Source of the DNA: Candidatus Eiseniibacteriota bacterium
Lineage (GTDB): Bacteria > Eisenbacteria > RBG-16-71-46 > CAIMUX01 > VGJL01
Assembly (NCBI GenBank): GCA_963792585.1
Contig: CAWBWI010000006.1
Span: forward strand, 960,001-1,024,000
Length of the DNA stretch: 64,000 nucleotides
Reading direction: 5' to 3'
Below are positions 51,444-59,711 of the stretch, in pieces. Positions within the stretch are counted from its first letter, which is position 1, and every line of letters starts with the position of its first letter. The notes beneath the pieces were generated by a model. That model was not told the origin of the DNA. It worked only from the letters and a program-made list of their open reading frames with translations, and ran no database searches. The position numbers and the translations under genes were made by a program.

Positions 51444-54254
51444 ATCCCGGACGATCCTGACGAATCGGGCGCCCCGTCTTCCGACGCTCCCCAACTTCTG
51501 CGATCGCTCGAGGATCCGCACTGGGTCCCGAGCTTCCGTGAGGCAACGATCCTGCGAGATCATGTCGCCTCTCTCCTCCAGGCCGACCCGCGACTCGCCG
51601 GTCGGATCGCCATGGATCTCCTGCGCTCCGTTCAGGGCAAGACCTCGGCATCCATCGGCGCGCAAGCCGTCGGATGGAGGGCGCGGGCCGAGTCCCTGCT
51701 GTATGCCGGCGAGTACAAAGCCGCCCGATCCGCTTACGAGAAGGCATGCTCTTGCGCCGGCGCCGCCTCGGAGCATCGTCTTCTCGGCCAAATCCTCGTA
51801 GGCAGGATCGGCACCCTCCTCGTGATGGGCGATTTCCGCTCGATCCACGCGATGACCCGCCAAGCGGAGGCCTTGCTGCGAAGGAACGACGATCAGGAGT
51901 ATCTCCGGCGTCTCCACATCAATCTGGGGAGCGGTCTCTACCATCGCGAGAAGTACGCCGAAGCCTACGCCTCCTTCGCCGAGGCCCTTCGACTGATGGA
52001 GGAGGCGGGCCAGCACGACGATCTGTGGGCGTCCCTGACGCTCAACTTCGGGATCGCGTGCAGCCAGCTCGCGCGCGTGCAGGAGGCGCGCGAGGCGTTC
52101 GCGAAGGCGGAGGCGTACGGCCGCGCCCACGCGCAGGACCGCATGGTGGCCCAGGCGGTGTTCAATCTGGGGGCCCTCGAGGGGCTCCGCGGCGGTTACC
52201 GCGCGGCCCTTCGGTCGCTCACCGAAGCCGAGGAAGCGTTCGTCCGTCAGGGAGTGCAGGAGCTCCTCGCGGCCACCCACCTCGAGCAGGCCCAGATCTA
52301 TCTCGATCTATCCATGGCCACCGAGGGCAAGGAGCTTGCCCAGAGGGCGGCCTCCGCATTCACCTCGGAAGGGATGCTCCTCGACGCGCAGCTGGCGCGG
52401 ATCGCGGAGGCGCGAAGCCTCGTGATGTTGGGACGGCCCAAGGAGGCGGAGGGGCTTCTGCGCGATGCCGAGCGCTTCTACCGGGCGCAGCACATCGCGG
52501 CAAGAAGAGCGCAGGCCCTGCTGGACATCGCGCTGGCGATGTCGGCCCGCGACGAGACGGCAGCCGCGATGCAAACGGCCCGCAGCGCGCTCAGCGTGGC
52601 CGAGCGATTGCACCTGGGAAGCCTGACCTGCGCTTGCCGTTGTCTCATCGCAGAGCTGCTCCTCCGAACTGGTGCCGGGCCCAAGGCTGAACGCGCCCTG
52701 GCGGGCATCGTCCCGGGGCTTTCGAAATTGCCGATGCGCGATCGCCTCGAATACTGGAGCACGGCCGCGCGGGTCGCGGCGTTCCGAGGAATGACCGCGC
52801 TGGCCGGACGCCGCTACCGCAGGGCAACGCAGTGTTTGGAAGCTCAGAGGGCACTGATTCCGGGTCTCGAACTCCGCACGAAGTCGTTCGAACAGAACGT
52901 CCGCGTCTACCACGAGAAGATCGCGCTCCTGGCGGGGTCTCGACGCCCCCAACTCGATCGCATCCTGCTCCTGATGGAGCGGGCGCGGGGTAGAACGTTC
53001 CGGGAGCTCGTGGCCGCGCGGGGCCGGCAGTCGCAGGGGGAGATTGCGGAGCTCCGAGCCGTGCTCGGCTCCCTGGTGCGGCGCCTCGACCACCTCGTGA
53101 TGGGAGAGCGTCCGGCGGCGCCCCAGGAGGTAGAGCCCCTCCGACGGCAGGTCGTGCAGCTCGAACACCAGATCACCTCGCGCGTGCGCCGGATCGAGAC
53201 GACGGAGGGGTCCGTCACCGGAAGCGGTTCGTTCCGAAGGTCATCCCAGATCGTCCCCCTTCTCGCCGCCGACGAGGTGATGATCGAGTACTTCGTAGCG
53301 AAGGATCGAATTCTGGCGGCGGTGGTGGGAAAGCAGGAGCGTTTCCTGCGGACGCTCGAGGCACCACTGCCCAGGCTACGGGATCTCCTCGACCATTTCG
53401 GCCTCCAACTGGAATCGCTCGCCGCCACCGCGAGCCGACCCTTGGGGGGCCAGGCGTTCCTGCGACGGAGCGCGGAAGCGAAACTGGAGGAGTTCTACTC
53501 GTTGCTCCTCCGACCCATCCTCGGGGATCTTCCCCCCTGCGGACGGCTCACGATCATTCCGCACGACATCCTGCACCAGATCCCGTTCGAGTGTCTTCAC
53601 GACGGAACTCAGTACCTCGATCGTTCTTGGCAGATCACGCGGTGCCCGACGGCAGATTTCCTGATCGAGCGCAGAAGTCGGTCACGGGGGGCCCCCGTAG
53701 GGAATACGGTGGTCATCGCCGGAACTCGCCCCGGATCCCCATTCATCGAGGTGGAAGCACGGCGGGTGCTGGATTCCTGGGAGCCGTCCGGCAGCCGGTT
53801 GTTGGTCGATCCATCCTCTGCCGATGCTCTGGCCGCCATGAAGGGGGCCCGGGTCATTCACGTGAGCGCCCACGGCAACTTCCGCGGCGACAACCCCCTA
53901 TTCTCGACGCTGCACCTCGGTCGTGAGGTGCTCTTTCTGGCCGATATCCTGGAGACGCCCCTCACCGCCGACCTGGCCGTTCTGAGTTCCTGCGACAGCG
54001 GACAAACATTCAGTGGCCGAGGGGACGCCCTACTGGGCGTCGCACATGCATTCCTCGCCGCCGGCACGGACCGCCTGGTGGCCTCCCTCTGGCGCGTCCA
54101 CGATCAAGCCACGGCTTCCTGGATGGAGGCCTTTCACCGCGCCTTGCGGGAGAGCGGGGACGCCCCGGCGGCCCGCCTTCACGCTTGCCAGGTGGTTCGG
54201 GAAGAGTGGCCGCATCCCTTCTACTGGGGCGGATTCAGCGTTCTCGGAGGCTAG
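51444..54254 (+). CDS. TPR-CHAT (caspase-like) protease
   Basis: TPR helices, then IIPHDILHQIPFE, HVSAHG (His), LSSCDSG (Cys), SLWRV, HPFYWGGF; frame is open from 51441; first ATG is 51612. Confidence 0.9.
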   Translation: MPDDPDESGAPSSDAPQLLRSLEDPHWVPSFREATILRDHVASLLQADPRLAGRIAMDLLRSVQGKTSASIGAQAVGWRARAESLLYAGEYKAARSAYEKACSCAGAASEHRLLGQILVGRIGTLLVMGDFRSIHAMTRQAEALLRRNDDQEYLRRLHINLGSGLYHREKYAEAYASFAEALRLMEEAGQHDDLWASLTLNFGIACSQLARVQEAREAFAKAEAYGRAHAQDRMVAQAVFNLGALEGLRGGYRAALRSLTEAEEAFVRQGVQELLAATHLEQAQIYLDLSMATEGKELAQRAASAFTSEGMLLDAQLARIAEARSLVMLGRPKEAEGLLRDAERFYRAQHIAARRAQALLDIALAMSARDETAAAMQTARSALSVAERLHLGSLTCACRCLIAELLLRTGAGPKAERALAGIVPGLSKLPMRDRLEYWSTAARVAAFRGMTALAGRRYRRATQCLEAQRALIPGLELRTKSFEQNVRVYHEKIALLAGSRRPQLDRILLLMERARGRTFRELVAARGRQSQGEIAELRAVLGSLVRRLDHLVMGERPAAPQEVEPLRRQVVQLEHQITSRVRRIETTEGSVTGSGSFRRSSQIVPLLAADEVMIEYFVAKDRILAAVVGKQERFLRTLEAPLPRLRDLLDHFGLQLESLAATASRPLGGQAFLRRSAEAKLEEFYSLLLRPILGDLPPCGRLTIIPHDILHQIPFECLHDGTQYLDRSWQITRCPTADFLIERRSRSRGAPVGNTVVIAGTRPGSPFIEVEARRVLDSWEPSGSRLLVDPSSADALAAMKGARVIHVSAHGNFRGDNPLFSTLHLGREVLFLADILETPLTADLAVLSSCDSGQTFSGRGDALLGVAHAFLAAGTDRLVASLWRVHDQATASWMEAFHRALRESGDAPAARLHACQVVREEWPHPFYWGGFSVLGG

Positions 54255-54287
54255 GGCGCCTCGCCTCCTCTTCGGGTTCCTCCTCCC

Positions 54288-55373
54288 TCACTTCCCCCCG
54301 TACTTCATCCGCATGATGTCCTGTGTCGACCGACTGATGCGCTTCCACCGGGCCTGCTCTTCGAGTCGCAGGCGAATGTCCTGCTTCCTCTCGAGGAAGC
54401 GCAGCTCGCGCCGGAGCTTCACGTAGCTCGCGTAGCGCGCCTCCTGCAGGGTGCCGTCCTCGAGCGCCCGGCGCACCGCGCAATCGGGCTCGCTCTGGTG
54501 TTGGCAGTCGGCGAAGCGACACTCCGCAGCGATCTCCTCGATGTCGTGGAACGCCGCGTCCAGACTCTCCTCGTCGGCCCAGAGCTGGACCTCGCGCATC
54601 CCCGGCGTATCGATGACAATTCCCCCACCCGGCAGCAGGAGAAGCTGCCGCCAGGTCGTGGTGTGCCGGCCGCGGCCGTCGGAGTCTCGAATCTGCGTGG
54701 TCTTCAGCCGCTCTTCGCCAAGGAGACGGTTGATGATCGTGGACTTTCCGACTCCCGACGAACCGATGAGGGCGACCGTGTCTCCCTCACCGACGTACGA
54801 GCCGAGCGCATCGAGGCCGTTGCCGTCGAGCGCGCTCACCGCAAGCACGGTTGCGCCGCCGGCGACGACCTCGATCTCGCGCACCAGAGACGCGGCGTGG
54901 GCATTCAGATCCGCCTTGTTGAGCACGACCACCGGCCGCACGCCGCTCTCGCGCGCGATGGTGAGGTAGCGCTCGAGCCGCCGCGGATTAAAATCCTTGT
55001 CCACGTCGGTGACGATGAAGAGCGTGTCGAGATTCGCCGCGATGACCTGTGCTTCGGTCAACATCCCGGCCGCCTTTCGCAAGAGCAGCGTCCGGCGTGG
55101 CAGCACCGCGTGGATGATGGCCGTCGAATCGCCGTTCAACTGCAGCGCCACCCAATCCCCGACGGCCGGAAAGTCGAGACGCGATGCGGCCGTGTACCGC
55201 AACCGGCCGGTCACCTCGGCGTCGCGCACTCCCTCGACACAGAAAACCGCGTAACGATCCCGATGTTCTTCCGCGACCCGCGCCGGGATGAACCCGGCGT
55301 CATGATGTGGCTGGAAACTCTGTTCGAAAGATGCCTGCCATCCCAGTTGATGGAGGTCGAATTCGATACCCAT
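54288..55373 (-). CDS. rsgA: Ribosome small subunit-dependent GTPase A
   Basis: PAVGDWV, NKAD, GSSGVGKST, GRHTT, DTPG, CRFADCQHQSEPDC. Confidence 0.95.
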   Translation of the reverse strand: MGIEFDLHQLGWQASFEQSFQPHHDAGFIPARVAEEHRDRYAVFCVEGVRDAEVTGRLRYTAASRLDFPAVGDWVALQLNGDSTAIIHAVLPRRTLLLRKAAGMLTEAQVIAANLDTLFIVTDVDKDFNPRRLERYLTIARESGVRPVVVLNKADLNAHAASLVREIEVVAGGATVLAVSALDGNGLDALGSYVGEGDTVALIGSSGVGKSTIINRLLGEERLKTTQIRDSDGRGRHTTTWRQLLLLPGGGIVIDTPGMREVQLWADEESLDAAFHDIEEIAAECRFADCQHQSEPDCAVRRALEDGTLQEARYASYVKLRRELRFLERKQDIRLRLEEQARWKRISRSTQDIMRMKYGGK

Positions 55374-55568
55374 GACGATTGCACCTCTGATTCTCGGTGA
55401 GCCAATGATTGCCGAACCCGCTACGCGCGGGAACGGAATATCCGGGTGGAATCGAGGTGTGTTCGGAGAGCGGACTCAGCGGGCCGAGAAACTAGGCGCC
55501 GAAAGCGCCCCCGAGGCACACCGCGACGAGATCAAGAACATGGGCAGTCATTTGGCTGTGCCTCCTTT
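55374..55568 (-). promoter_or_regulatory. Putative translational attenuator leader of rsgA
   Basis: Leader ORF plus mutually exclusive anti-SD and anti-anti-SD pairings (see findings). Confidence 0.55.
55492..55551 (-). CDS. 19-aa leader peptide MTAHVLDLVAVCLGGAFGA
   Basis: AAAGGAGG RBS, ATG 55551, TAG 55494-55492. Confidence 0.6.
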   Translation of the reverse strand: MTAHVLDLVAVCLGGAFGA

Positions 55569-55660
55569 CGAGTCTTGCGGCAACGGACCTGTTGACTTGA
55601 AAAATAGTAGCGCGTTTGTCGGCGATGTCAAGCAGTCCGGCCTCCGGCGGTCCCCGATCG

Positions 55661-56491
55661 TCAGACCGATCGGACCCGAACTTCCCTCCGGGGCCGCACG
55701 GCCGGTCGCTCCGCGGGCCATCCCAGCGGCGTCACCGTGACCAGGTAGCGCTCCTTCGGAATCCCGAGGACTTCTTTCGCGTCCTCGCGATTCAGCGCGC
55801 CGATCCAGCAAGTGCCGAGGCCGCGCGCCCACGCGGCGAGCATCAGATGATAGGCCGCGATGCAGCCGTCCTCGATCGGCAGAGGCGAGGCTCCGGGGTC
55901 GCTCACGATCGCCACGGCCATGGGCGCGCCCCCGATCGGATCGGACGAGCCGGGACGCACCAGGGCCAGGCGATCGAGGATTGCGCGGTCCCTGACCACA
56001 ACGTACTCCACCGGCTGCGAGTTGCGCGCCGACGGCGCGAACCGGCAGCTCTCGAGCACGGCCGTCAACGTGGCCTCGTCGACCGCGCGTCCGGTGAACT
56101 GCCGCACGCTCCGGCGGGTGTGGAGCAGTTGCTCGCCGTCCAGGTACGGATCGAGATCGTGCTCGAAGGACTGGAACTCGAGCCGCCTTCCCTCCGGATC
56201 GCGACCGAAGAAGTGGTAGATCCGGTACTTCTCGTCGAGCCTGGGAGCTGCATCCGCGATCGGAGCAAGGCGAGCATGGGCCGCATCGACGCCCGTGCGG
56301 TCGGGATAGAAGACCGTGATCATCGCATCGACATCCGCCTTGCCCGTCGCGTGGAAGCCGACCTTGAGATTGCCGTGGGACAGGATCAGGCAGTCTGCCT
56401 GGTCGAGCCACTCACGCATCCCGACTTCGTCCGTGTAGAAGCGCCGGAGCTTCTCGAGTTCGTTCGTCGCGAAGAAGACGATTCCCGACAT
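55661..56491 (-). CDS. VOC/glyoxalase-nitroreductase fusion
   Basis: N-terminal FFGRDPEGRRLEF; C-terminal TRRSVRQF, APSARNSQP, GLGTCWIG. Confidence 0.85.
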   Translation of the reverse strand: MSGIVFFATNELEKLRRFYTDEVGMREWLDQADCLILSHGNLKVGFHATGKADVDAMITVFYPDRTGVDAAHARLAPIADAAPRLDEKYRIYHFFGRDPEGRRLEFQSFEHDLDPYLDGEQLLHTRRSVRQFTGRAVDEATLTAVLESCRFAPSARNSQPVEYVVVRDRAILDRLALVRPGSSDPIGGAPMAVAIVSDPGASPLPIEDGCIAAYHLMLAAWARGLGTCWIGALNREDAKEVLGIPKERYLVTVTPLGWPAERPAVRPRREVRVRSV

Positions 56492-56512
56492 CGTTCCCTT
56501 CCTCCCGGAGGC

Positions 56513-56707
56513 TCAGTCCTTGTTCTGGTTCCGCTCCTTCCGCGCAGGCGGCCCCTCCCGCTTCAGGCGCCCCTCGTCCTCGAGAACGCGGCGCAGGACG
56601 AACTCGATCTGGCCGTTCAGGCTTCTGAGATCGGCATCCGCCCACCGCTGCAGCGCCTCGAGGATCGAGGGATCGATCCGCAGCAGGAAACTCTTCCGCG
56701 CCGCCAC
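56513..56707 (-). CDS. Arc/ribbon-helix-helix DNA-binding protein
   Basis: KSFLLRIDP...WADADLRSLNGQIE. Confidence 0.85.
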   Translation of the reverse strand: MAARKSFLLRIDPSILEALQRWADADLRSLNGQIEFVLRRVLEDEGRLKREGPPARKERNQNKD

Positions 56708-56719
56708 GTCCGTTCCCTT

Positions 56720-57589
56720 CTATGTGTAGAGGGTGCCGGTGTTGACGACAGGCTGGGTGTGGGCGTTGCTGCAGAGCACGACGAGCAGATTGGAGACCAT
56801 CGCCGCCTTGCGCTCCTCGTCGAGTTCCACGACCTTCCGCTCCGACAGCTTGTCGAGGGCCATCTCGACCATCCCGACCGCCCCTTCGACGATCTTCTGC
56901 CGCGCGGCGATGATCGCCGTGGCCTGCTGGCGCTGGAGCATCGCGCTCGCGATTTCGGGCGCGTAGGCCAGATGGCTGATCCGCGCCTCGATCACCTCGA
57001 CGCCGGCCTTGGACAATCGCGTCTGCACCTCCACCTTGAGCTGCTCGGCAATCTCGGCCGGATTCGCCCGCAGCGACGGCTCCCCTTCGGCGTGCGAGTC
57101 GTAGGGGTGGGTCGTCGCGAGATTTCGCACGGCGGCTTCGGTCTGCACCTTGATGAAGTTCTCGTAACTGTCGACCTCGAACATCGCCTCGGCCGTGTCG
57201 ACGACCCTCCAGACGACGATCGCGCCGATCTCGATCGGGTTGCCGATCGAGTCGTTGACCTTCAACTTGGCGCTCTCGAAGTTCCGGATCCGAAGGCTCA
57301 GCGTCCGTCGCGTGAAGAACGGACTCATCCAGCGCAGTCCCGCCGTTTTCGACGTGCCCACGTAACTGCCGAAGAGCTGCGCAACCGCGCCTTCGTTCGG
57401 GTTCAGGACAAAGAGCCCCGCCATGAGGAAAAGAACGACGAACATTGCGATGACGCCGATGACCCCCATTACCGGATGCGAGGACTTCGCCGCGGTGACG
57501 ATCCAGTAGATCGTTCCGGCCAGAGCGGCGAGCAACACGAACAGAACCGGATAGCCGGAAACCGTCTTCAACTCACGTTCACGGACCAT
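56720..57589 (-). CDS. SPFH/band 7 domain membrane protein
   Basis: Two TM helices, [38 protein letters not shown]. Confidence 0.92.
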   Translation of the reverse strand: MVRERELKTVSGYPVLFVLLAALAGTIYWIVTAAKSSHPVMGVIGVIAMFVVLFLMAGLFVLNPNEGAVAQLFGSYVGTSKTAGLRWMSPFFTRRTLSLRIRNFESAKLKVNDSIGNPIEIGAIVVWRVVDTAEAMFEVDSYENFIKVQTEAAVRNLATTHPYDSHAEGEPSLRANPAEIAEQLKVEVQTRLSKAGVEVIEARISHLAYAPEIASAMLQRQQATAIIAARQKIVEGAVGMVEMALDKLSERKVVELDEERKAAMVSNLLVVLCSNAHTQPVVNTGTLYT

Positions 57590-57608
57590 GGGAACCCTCC
57601 TTTACTGA

Positions 57609-57647
57609 GATATCAATATGATATCACTGCGATATCATTCCAGTCAA
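57609..57647 (-). promoter_or_regulatory. sigma70 promoter overlapped by three phased GATATCA boxes
   Basis: TTGACT (57647-57642), 18-nt spacer, TG-n-TATCAT (57623-57618); GATATCA at 57609, 57620, 57631. Confidence 0.65.
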
Positions 57648-57658
57648 GAGGGATAACA

Positions 57659-57686
57659 GGAAGGGGCGGCCGGAGCCGCCCCTTCC
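57659..57686 (-). terminator. Terminator hairpin after the FG-GAP gene
   Basis: GGAAGGGGCGGC-4 nt-GCCGCCCCTTCC perfect 12-bp stem. Confidence 0.7.
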
Positions 57687-57717
57687 GGGCTGCGCAATCT
57701 GTGAGACCTGCTCGCCG

Positions 57718-59451
57718 TCAGGGTAGCCGCAGTAACCGACCTCCCGCGCTGCGCTCAACACCTTGCGTCTGAAACAGATAGACTCCTGGGGCAGCCGGAC
57801 GACCGGCCCGGGTCCGGCCGTCCCAGACCGCGGCGGCCCCGCCATCGGAGCCGATCTCGAGAGGGATTGTTCGGATGAGCGCCCCGTTCACCGCGTAGAT
57901 CGATACCTCCCTGCCGGGGGAGACGCCCGGGGCGAGCTCGATCCGCGCCCCATCGCGCGTTGGATTCGGCCAGAGCCGAAGCCCCTGAGGCCGCGAGGTT
58001 GGATCCTCGACCCCTGCCGGGACGGCCTCATCCACGGTGATCCTCTGGGGAACCGGGACGTTCGGAATGCGCTGCACGATGTGGTTCCCGCCCGAGCCGG
58101 GCCACGTGATCTGCAGATCGACCGCGGTCATGGCCCCGATGCCGAAGAAGGCTTCGATCGGGTTCTGCGAGGAAAACCCGCCGTGGGCCTCGATCTCCCT
58201 GAAGCCGAGCAGGTGAGCCGGCTGCCCGACGAAGCCGGCATCATAGATCGCGACCTTCGCGCCGACACCGTCGCGGTTCGAGTAGCCGAGTCCCCGATCA
58301 TGGCGGTGGCCGACCAGTCGAACGCTCAGCGATCGGCCATCATTCAGGTTGTTCACGTATAGATAGTTCTGCCCGGGCGTGTGCTCGTTGCCGATCCCCG
58401 CATCGAGATCGCCGTCGGCGTCGCAGTCGGCCCATGCGATCGAATCCGTGCTGCCCAGTCCCAATTCGGCCAGCTCCGTGAAGGTCCCGTCCCCGTTGTT
58501 CAGATAGATGTAGTTCTGATCGGCGCTGGTGAAGTCCCCATTGCCGACGGAAACATCCAGGTCTCCGTCGTTGTCGACATCGGCCCAGACGATCGTATTC
58601 GTGTCCCGCGATCCGAACTGAGCCTGCCCCGTGAAGGTGCCGTCGCCGTTGTTCACGTACAGGGCACAACCGTGCGCGTCCCAGTTGCCGACGGCCATGT
58701 CGAGGTCCCCGTCGTTGTCGCAATCGCCCCAGGCAAGACTCGCCGTGTCACTCGACCCGAACTCCGCCCGCTCGGTGAACGTGCCGTTGCCGTTGTTGAC
58801 ATAGAGGTAGTTTTGTCCGATGAAGCCGAAGCCTCCGTTCCCGACGGCCATGTCCAGGTCGCCGTCATTGTCGAAGTCGCCCCAGACGAGCGAGTCGGTC
58901 TGCCCCAGCCCGAACTGCAGCTGCTGGGTGAAGGTCCCGTCGCCGTTGTTGATGTAGAGATAATTCTGTTCCGATACGCCGAGGATCCCGTTTCCGACCG
59001 CAAGATCCAGATCCCCGTCGTTGTCGGAATCCCCCCAGGCGACTGCGATCGTCCGCTTCAGACCGAATTGGGATTGCTGGGTGAACGTACCGCTCCCGTT
59101 GTTGACGAAGAGGTAGTTCTGCTGGTTGCTGCCGCGGCCGACGGCCATGTCCAGGTCACCGTCATTGTCGAAGTCCGCCCCGGCAACGGCGAAGGTGGCG
59201 CCGCTTCCGAACTGGGCCTGCTGGGTGTAGCTGCCGTCCCCGTTGTTGACGAAAAGGGCGTTCGCCCCACCGTTGTGCCCCACGGCAAGGTCGACCCTTC
59301 CGTCGTTGTTGAAGTCCCCCCACGCAATCGGGATCGTGGTGCCGCTCCCGAACTGGAGTTGCTGGGTGAAATCCGCAAACGCATCCGCCGGCGCGAGTAT
59401 CGCCAACGCGCCGAGGCAGATGAGAGCCGCAACCGACCGGGATGCCTGCAT
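57718..59451 (-). CDS. Secreted FG-GAP/VCBS repeat protein (CRTAC1/ASPIC-UnbV-like) with CTD
   Basis: Repeated WGDxDNDGDLDxAVGN...YxNNGDGTFT; NRDGVGAKV...GFSSQN...FG...ITWP; PNP...WDG CTD. Confidence 0.9.
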   Translation of the reverse strand: MQASRSVAALICLGALAILAPADAFADFTQQLQFGSGTTIPIAWGDFNNDGRVDLAVGHNGGANALFVNNGDGSYTQQAQFGSGATFAVAGADFDNDGDLDMAVGRGSNQQNYLFVNNGSGTFTQQSQFGLKRTIAVAWGDSDNDGDLDLAVGNGILGVSEQNYLYINNGDGTFTQQLQFGLGQTDSLVWGDFDNDGDLDMAVGNGGFGFIGQNYLYVNNGNGTFTERAEFGSSDTASLAWGDCDNDGDLDMAVGNWDAHGCALYVNNGDGTFTGQAQFGSRDTNTIVWADVDNDGDLDVSVGNGDFTSADQNYIYLNNGDGTFTELAELGLGSTDSIAWADCDADGDLDAGIGNEHTPGQNYLYVNNLNDGRSLSVRLVGHRHDRGLGYSNRDGVGAKVAIYDAGFVGQPAHLLGFREIEAHGGFSSQNPIEAFFGIGAMTAVDLQITWPGSGGNHIVQRIPNVPVPQRITVDEAVPAGVEDPTSRPQGLRLWPNPTRDGARIELAPGVSPGREVSIYAVNGALIRTIPLEIGSDGGAAAVWDGRTRAGRPAAPGVYLFQTQGVERSAGGRLLRLP

Positions 59452-59510
59452 GATCGCCTCCTGCTTTCTTTCGGAAGTCCAGGCTCAACCCCGTCGAGCA
59501 ATGGACAACG

Positions 59511-59522
59511 ATTTCTAGAAAT
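59511..59522. promoter_or_regulatory. Palindromic operator ATTTCTAGAAAT, copy 1
   Basis: Overlaps the minus-strand promoter TTGATC-17-TATATT of the FG-GAP gene. Confidence 0.6.
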
Positions 59523-59616
59523 ATAACATCGGGCATGAGCCGGATCAAGGCCCTCGTAATAGCCGGTGATGCAATATGTTATGAGCGTTCTATTGACGCC
59601 CGTCCTGTGTTATTAT

Positions 59617-59628
59617 ATTTCTAGAAAT
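59617..59628. promoter_or_regulatory. Palindromic operator ATTTCTAGAAAT, copy 2
   Basis: Identical 12-mer overlapping TATATT downstream of TTGACG on the plus strand. Confidence 0.6.
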
Positions 59629-59711
59629 GGCCAAACTGACGGGGTTGCCCCCCTCAGGTGCGCGCTGGTAGGCTGCCCTGGCCGTCACTCCGGGATCATG
59701 GAGGTTCGTCC

